Below, one piece after another: positions 58,912 through 64,000 of a stretch of 64,000 bases of DNA. Origin of the DNA: Planctomycetota bacterium (GTDB lineage: Bacteria; Planctomycetota; B15-G4); assembly GCA_965248575.1 (NCBI GenBank), contig CBDFJQ010000002.1, positions 5,120,001 through 5,184,000 on the forward strand, read 5' to 3'. Each line of letters begins with the position of its first letter. Position 1 is the first letter of the stretch. The notes under the pieces are model-generated. The model was not told the DNA's origin. It saw only the letters and a list, made by a program, of their open reading frames with translations, and did no database searches. The translations under genes were made by a program, and so were the position numbers.

Positions 58912-60311
58912 TGCGTGGCCTCACGCGCCTGGCGTTGGCACTCCTGTTGTTCGCTCCGATCGGCTTCGGGTGCGGTGCCCGGTCGGCGCAGGCCAAGTCA
59001 GGCCCTCACGTCGTGCTCATCGTCGTGGACACGCTGCGGGCGGATCGCTTGGAACAGTACGGGTACGACGGTCGGACGAGCTCAGCCCTGGCCGGTTTTG
59101 CAGCACAGTCGACGCGTTTCGAGCAGTGCTACGCACCCTCTCCCTGGACCACGCCCAGCACGGCGACGATCCTCACGGGATTGCACCCCTTGCGACATGG
59201 GTCGACTCAACACGGAGCCGCCCTGGGTGACGACCTGGCATCCCTGGCCGAACTCGCGTCCGAGGGCGGCTGGCGAACCGCAGGCTTCTCGTTCAATCAC
59301 AACGTGTCGTCGGTCGCGCACTTTGACCAGGGCTTCGAGCATTTTGAGGACTTTGGCGGCCGCTCCACGGCGTATCCGGACATCGAGGAGATGACGGAGT
59401 CTGTCCAGGATTGGCTGGACGCGGGCGGAGGGGGCGGGCAGAGCCCGTTCTTGCTCTACATGCAGCCGATGAACGCGCACGGCCCGTACCTGGTTCCTGA
59501 GGCGCATCGACCGGACCTTCTCGGGCGCCAGGCGCAGGCCGGCTTCGAGTATTACGGCACACAGATGCGCGCCATCATGAAGAAGGGGCGCATCGAGCAG
59601 CGGGACTTCGTCTCCCAAGTGATGCTTGAGAGCCTGTCGGAGCAATACGATGTTGCGGTGCGCTACACGATGGATGAACTCGGGCGCTTTCTCGAAGGGC
59701 TGAAGGAACGCGGCCTCTACGACGAGAGCCTGATCATCCTCACCGCCGACCATGGCGAAGAACTCTTTGAGCACGGCGGATTCAGCCACGGCTACTCGCT
59801 GCATGAAGAGGTCCTGCATGTGCCCCTCATGATCAAGTTGCCGGCTCAGCAGCACGCGCAGGTGGTGGACGCACCCGTCTCCCTCGCCGACATCTACCCC
59901 ACGGTCGCCGATGCTCTGGGGGTGCCCATGCCCTACCCGGTGGACGGTCAATCGCTGCTGCCCTTGATGGGCCGCGGGATTCCTGGCGCAGCCGGAGCGC
60001 AGGCTGGCCAGCTCTACCATGTGGACTGGAAGTCCCGCTGCGTGGCCCGCAGCTACCGCCTGGGCCGCTACAAGCTGATTCGCATCGAGAGGAACTACGC
60101 CGGTGCGGACGATGAGTTGTTGCTGTTCGACCTGGTTGAAGATCCGACGGAATCCCACAGCATCACCCAGCGCTCACCCAAGATCGTCGAGCGCTTGCTC
60201 GAGCGCATGGAGGCAGCCGTTGGCGAAAACCTGCGGCACAAGATGAGCGCCCCTGGGCTGGTGCTGGATGACATGGACGCCGAGACCCTGAGGCAGTTGG
60301 GTTACCTCTGA
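58911..60311 (+). CDS. Exported sulfatase-like enzyme (Thr at the nucleophile position)
   Basis: Signal or lipobox-like GFGC; VDTLRAD, PWTTPSTATILTG, HGPY, ADHGEE, LRQLGYL; TGATG coupling. Confidence 0.87.
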   Translation: MRGLTRLALALLLFAPIGFGCGARSAQAKSGPHVVLIVVDTLRADRLEQYGYDGRTSSALAGFAAQSTRFEQCYAPSPWTTPSTATILTGLHPLRHGSTQHGAALGDDLASLAELASEGGWRTAGFSFNHNVSSVAHFDQGFEHFEDFGGRSTAYPDIEEMTESVQDWLDAGGGGGQSPFLLYMQPMNAHGPYLVPEAHRPDLLGRQAQAGFEYYGTQMRAIMKKGRIEQRDFVSQVMLESLSEQYDVAVRYTMDELGRFLEGLKERGLYDESLIILTADHGEELFEHGGFSHGYSLHEEVLHVPLMIKLPAQQHAQVVDAPVSLADIYPTVADALGVPMPYPVDGQSLLPLMGRGIPGAAGAQAGQLYHVDWKSRCVARSYRLGRYKLIRIERNYAGADDELLLFDLVEDPTESHSITQRSPKIVERLLERMEAAVGENLRHKMSAPGLVLDDMDAETLRQLGYL

Positions 60312-60330
60312 GCTTGTTCGAGGGGCGCGT

Positions 60331-60936
60331 TCAGTCGCTCGGCGTCAGGCGTTCCTCGAGCCGCTTTCGGACGTCGGGCCATTCGGTGTCCAGGATGCTG
60401 TAGTAGACCGAGTCCCGGTAGAAGCCGTGCTGCACACGGTAGCTCTTGCGCAGGACGCCTTCCTTGACGGCGCCGATGCGCTCGATGGCAGCCTGGGAGC
60501 GCAGGTTGCGTCCGTCGGTCTTGAGCTGCACTCGTACGGCGCCAAGCCCTTCGAAGGCATGTTGGAGCAGGAGCAATTTGCATTCCGTGTTGGCGGCCGT
60601 ACGCATTTGCTCGCGAGCCAGCCACGTCCAGCCGATCTCCAGGGCGCGGTCGCGCACACGGATGTCGAGGTAGCGTGTCGAGCCGATGGCTCGTCCGGTC
60701 TCCTGCAGGACCGTTGCGAAGGGTAGCCCCAAGCCTTCCTCTCGTTCGCTCGTCGCCTGATCGATCCAGGCTTCGACATCATCCAGACTTGCGAAGGCGG
60801 GCCGCGGCATGTGCTGCCAGAGATCTTCGTCGCGGCCGACGGCAAACAGGTCGGGGGCGTGTCGTTCTTCGAGGGGCTCGAGCCGGATGTGCGACGCCGT
60901 CAGGGTGATGGGGGTGGGCTCGAAGCGAGTCTCCAT
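60331..60936 (-). CDS. GNAT N-acetyltransferase (RimJ/RimL type)
   Basis: IGSTRY, LEIGWTW, NTECKLLLLQHAFE, NLRSQAAIERIGA, YSILDTEW. Confidence 0.92.
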   Translation of the reverse strand: METRFEPTPITLTASHIRLEPLEERHAPDLFAVGRDEDLWQHMPRPAFASLDDVEAWIDQATSEREEGLGLPFATVLQETGRAIGSTRYLDIRVRDRALEIGWTWLAREQMRTAANTECKLLLLQHAFEGLGAVRVQLKTDGRNLRSQAAIERIGAVKEGVLRKSYRVQHGFYRDSVYYSILDTEWPDVRKRLEERLTPSD

Positions 60937-60960
60937 GGGACATGCTCCTGCGGCGAGGGA

Positions 60961-61632
60961 TCAGAGGGGCGCCGGGTCGGGCTCGGCGAGCTCGGAATCA
61001 GCCGGGGGTGAGGGGCTGGTGGGGGGCGTGGTGTCTTCTTGCCCGAAGTGCTCGTCGCGCAGCAGGTCCCAGCCAAAGACGCCCGTCAGGAGATCAAGCA
61101 CCTCGAGCACATCCACGCCCACCTGGACACCGACGAACAGCGCGTGCAAGCCCGCTTCGATCTTGCTGATGCCGATCTGGCCCGCACCGAGCGAGGTGCG
61201 GATGTCCGTAGCCACGAGGTTCAGCACGAAATAGTGCGATTGATCCAGGTAGGCGTCGGCGAGGTACCCGGTCCAATAGGTCTCGATGTCCGTCTCGAGA
61301 TCGGTACGCACCAACTGTCCGCCGAGCACGACTCCCGCCCCGGCTTGCTGCCAGACGTACGCGAAGCCGTAGTCCGTGCCCACGTAGGTCGCGGCCGGCA
61401 GCCAACCGACGCTGGTGCCGAAGACGGGTGCCTGCAGCCGGGCATACAGCCCCGGGGATGCCGACGCACCCACGCTGAAATGCAGGCACTCAGCCGCGTC
61501 CTTCCCGAGCTGACGTGCGTAGGAGCAGCCTGGGCTGAAGCTCGCGAGGGCCAGGCTGAGAGCGAGCATGCAGGCCCGCAAGGCTTGTCGACTCAGGGCG
61601 CAGTTCGAGGTGCTGTGGCAGGTTCGGAACAT
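60961..61632 (-). CDS. Hypothetical lipoprotein
   Basis: Hydrophobic leader then PGC; beta-rich body; C-terminal GVQVGVDVLEVLDLLTGVFGWDLLRDE. Start 61632 or 61569. Confidence 0.65.
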   Translation of the reverse strand: MFRTCHSTSNCALSRQALRACMLALSLALASFSPGCSYARQLGKDAAECLHFSVGASASPGLYARLQAPVFGTSVGWLPAATYVGTDYGFAYVWQQAGAGVVLGGQLVRTDLETDIETYWTGYLADAYLDQSHYFVLNLVATDIRTSLGAGQIGISKIEAGLHALFVGVQVGVDVLEVLDLLTGVFGWDLLRDEHFGQEDTTPPTSPSPPADSELAEPDPAPL

Positions 61633-61735
61633 GGCGTTGCATCCTGGGACTCGGAGTGACCGGCTGCAAGGGTGTTCGTGGGAAGCTGCGAGGTGCGGGC
61701 TCGATTCGACGGGGCTGATGGCGGAGGATCCCGGA

Positions 61736-64000
61736 GTGAACAAGTCAGAGCTTCCCGTCGACAGCGTGTTGCCCGAGCTGGTGAGCGCCTTGCGTTCCCA
61801 CGGCTCTGCGGTGCTCGTTGCGCCCACGGGTGCCGGCAAGACCACGCGTGTTCCGCCAGCCATCCTGGATTCCGGCCTGGCGGAGATCCCGCAGGGAAAG
61901 CAGACCCGGCCGGGGACGCTGATCCTGCTGGAGCCTCGGCGACTCGCTGCCCGTGCCGCTGCTGCTCGCATGGCCTTCGAGCGCGGGCGCGGGCGCGTGG
62001 GCGATGAGGTGGGATATCGCGTTCGCTTCGACAGCGCCGTCAGCAAGGCCACACGCATCGAGGTCATGACGGGAGGCGTCTTCTTGCGGCGCCTCCAGAG
62101 CGACCCCTTCCTCGAGGGTGTTGGCGCTGTGATCTTTGATGAGTTCCACGAGCGTTCCCTGGATACGGACGTGGCCTTCGCCATGGTCCAACGCTTGCGG
62201 GCCGAGCGGGATCAGGAGCTCCCGGTCGTCGTGATGAGCGCCACTTTGGACGTGGAGCCTCTGGCGGCTGCCTTGGGGGGGGGGAATGCGGGCGCCAGGT
62301 CGAGCTGCCCCATCATCCGCTCCGAGGGCAGGGCCTATCCGGTGGAGGTGCGTTATCTGCCCGCAAGCCTGGGCGCCCGCCCAGTCGACGAACTGGTGCT
62401 GCTCGGCGTCCGGAACGTCCTGGGCGAGACGGACGGAGACGTGCTCGTGTTCCTGCCCGGAGTCGGGGAGATTCGGCGGGCAGGCACGGCTCTCACGGAG
62501 CTGAGCGAACAGCAGGGCTTCGATTTGCTGGAGCTCTACGGGGATCTGCCGCTGGAACGCCAAGCTTCTGTGCTGCAGGCAGGGGCCCGACGTCGAGTGA
62601 TCCTGGCCACCAATGTTGCGGAAACTTCGGTCACCATTCCCGGCGTCACGGCCGTCGTGGACACGGGCACGGCGCGTCGCGCGCATCACGATCTGGCAGC
62701 CGGCTTGGATCGACTCCAGCTCGTCCCCATCTCGCGTGCTTCGGCAAAGCAACGCGCGGGGCGCGCGGGGCGGACTGGCCCGGGTCTCTGCGCACGCTTG
62801 TGGACGGAGGCGGAGCAGGCCAATCGACCGGAGCAGGACTCCCCTGAACTCCAGCGTGTGGATCTCACAAGCGCCGTGCTGCAGTTGCTTGTCTGGGGAG
62901 AGCGGGCTCCTGCCGCCTTGCCCTGGTTGGATGCGCCTCCGCCGGCAGCCCTTGAGCGAAGCATGCAGCTGCTCGATGCGCTTGGGGCCACGCGTGAGGG
63001 CGTGCCGACGGCCTATGGGCACCAACTCGCGAGACTTCCGGTGCACCCGCGCCTGGCAGGCTTGCTGGTGCAGGGGGCTGCCTCGGGGCTCTTGAGGAGG
63101 GCTTCGATGGCGGCCGCCTTGCTGTCCGAGCGGGACCCCTTCGCTGCCCGGCGCGGGCAGGCGGTGGATCGTTCCGAATCCGATCTGCTGGATCGTGTGC
63201 AGCGCCTGGAACGGTCGGAGAAGAGCGAGCGCAGTCGCGACGCCGGGCGCGCCCGGGCCGTCCTGCGTGTCGCCAAGCAGCTGGAGCGCCTGGGGAAGTC
63301 GATACTGAGCCAGGCCCCCGCGGCCGACGAGTCTCCAGGGCCTGTCAGTCCAGGGCGAAACGCCTCGGACGACGAGGCTTTCTTGCGCTTGCTGGTCGCT
63401 GCCATGCCTGATCGCGTGGCGCGCCGCAGAGCGGCGGGAGAAGCGCGCGGCATCATGGTGGGTGGGCGGGGTGTCCGGCTGGCGCAGGAGAGCGCCGTGC
63501 GCGATGCAAGTCTCTTTCTCTGCGTCGAGCTGTCGGCAGGCGCTGCGGGGGCGCGCTCGGAAGCCCTGGTGCGCCTGGCTTCGCGGGTGGAGCTGGACTG
63601 GCTCCCGCAGGACGAGCAGCGTCAGGAAACGGGGCTGGTCTTTGACGAACAATCTGAGCGCATCGTGGGCAGGCATCGACTGCTGTACCGCGACCTGGTC
63701 ATCGAGGAAAGCTCCTCAAGCTTGCCGGGCGCGGGCCTGGTCTCGAGCGCCTTGCAGGAGGCGGCGTCCTCGCGGCTGGAGCGCGCGCTGTCACTCCAGG
63801 CGGAGGACCTGCTCTCGCTCCAGGCTCGCCTGGAGTTCCTGCGAGAAGCGCGACCGCAAGATCCATGGCCCCGCTTGGAGGACGAGACCTGGCGCTCCAT
63901 GTTGCCCCGGCTGTGCGCGGGTCGGCGTTCGTTTGCCGAGCTGCGGCGGCTGTCGTTGGCACAGGAAGTCATGAACACCCTCGACCACCGCCAGCGTGCG
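61736..64000 (+). CDS. hrpB: ATP-dependent RNA helicase HrpB (3'-truncated by the window end)
   Basis: Translated by hand from GTG 61736: APTGAGKTTRVP, LEPRRLAA, DEFHERS, VMSAT, VFLPGVGEI, ATNVAETSVTI, QRAGRAGR. Missing from the ORF track because it has no stop. Confidence 0.93.
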   Translation, partial: MNKSELPVDSVLPELVSALRSHGSAVLVAPTGAGKTTRVPPAILDSGLAEIPQGKQTRPGTLILLEPRRLAARAAAARMAFERGRGRVGDEVGYRVRFDSAVSKATRIEVMTGGVFLRRLQSDPFLEGVGAVIFDEFHERSLDTDVAFAMVQRLRAERDQELPVVVMSATLDVEPLAAALGGGNAGARSSCPIIRSEGRAYPVEVRYLPASLGARPVDELVLLGVRNVLGETDGDVLVFLPGVGEIRRAGTALTELSEQQGFDLLELYGDLPLERQASVLQAGARRRVILATNVAETSVTIPGVTAVVDTGTARRAHHDLAAGLDRLQLVPISRASAKQRAGRAGRTGPGLCARLWTEAEQANRPEQDSPELQRVDLTSAVLQLLVWGERAPAALPWLDAPPPAALERSMQLLDALGATREGVPTAYGHQLARLPVHPRLAGLLVQGAASGLLRRASMAAALLSERDPFAARRGQAVDRSESDLLDRVQRLERSEKSERSRDAGRARAVLRVAKQLERLGKSILSQAPAADESPGPVSPGRNASDDEAFLRLLVAAMPDRVARRRAAGEARGIMVGGRGVRLAQESAVRDASLFLCVELSAGAAGARSEALVRLASRVELDWLPQDEQRQETGLVFDEQSERIVGRHRLLYRDLVIEESSSSLPGAGLVSSALQEAASSRLERALSLQAEDLLSLQARLEFLREARPQDPWPRLEDETWRSMLPRLCAGRRSFAELRRLSLAQEVMNTLDHRQRA

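Overview
High-GC, gene-dense bacterial window. Gene content (ECF sigma/Ser-Thr kinase pairs, FG-GAP proteins, several sulfatase-like enzymes, secretin) suggests Planctomycetota; this is an inference, as no marker gene is present. Three parts: (1) 0.3-9.3 kb, a convergent signalling island ECF-sigma > kinase > kinase >< FG-GAP protein < ECF-sigma, whose first kinase has an unusual extracytoplasmic region. (2) 9.9-44.3 kb, mixed housekeeping and envelope genes: pepN, GT-C glycosyltransferase, alginate-export-type barrel, diheme peroxidase, GH44, antiporters, LplT-Aas fusion, fba, peptidases, a molybdopterin/NrfD complex, gdhA, SPFH and zinc-ribbon genes, and a 44-aa-repeat membrane protein. (3) 44.7-60.3 kb, a tightly coupled type IV filament (T4P/T2SS/MSHA-like) operon with no pilT or pilD, followed on the same strand by a DUF5658-like protein and two Thr-type alkaline-phosphatase-superfamily enzymes. 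A GNAT, a lipoprotein and a truncated hrpB end the window. Best candidates for an undescribed system are the filament operon with its putative modification/sensing module and the double ECF-kinase island. No rRNA, tRNA, CRISPR array or mobile element was recognised. All family calls are by-eye motif recognition; no searches were run.
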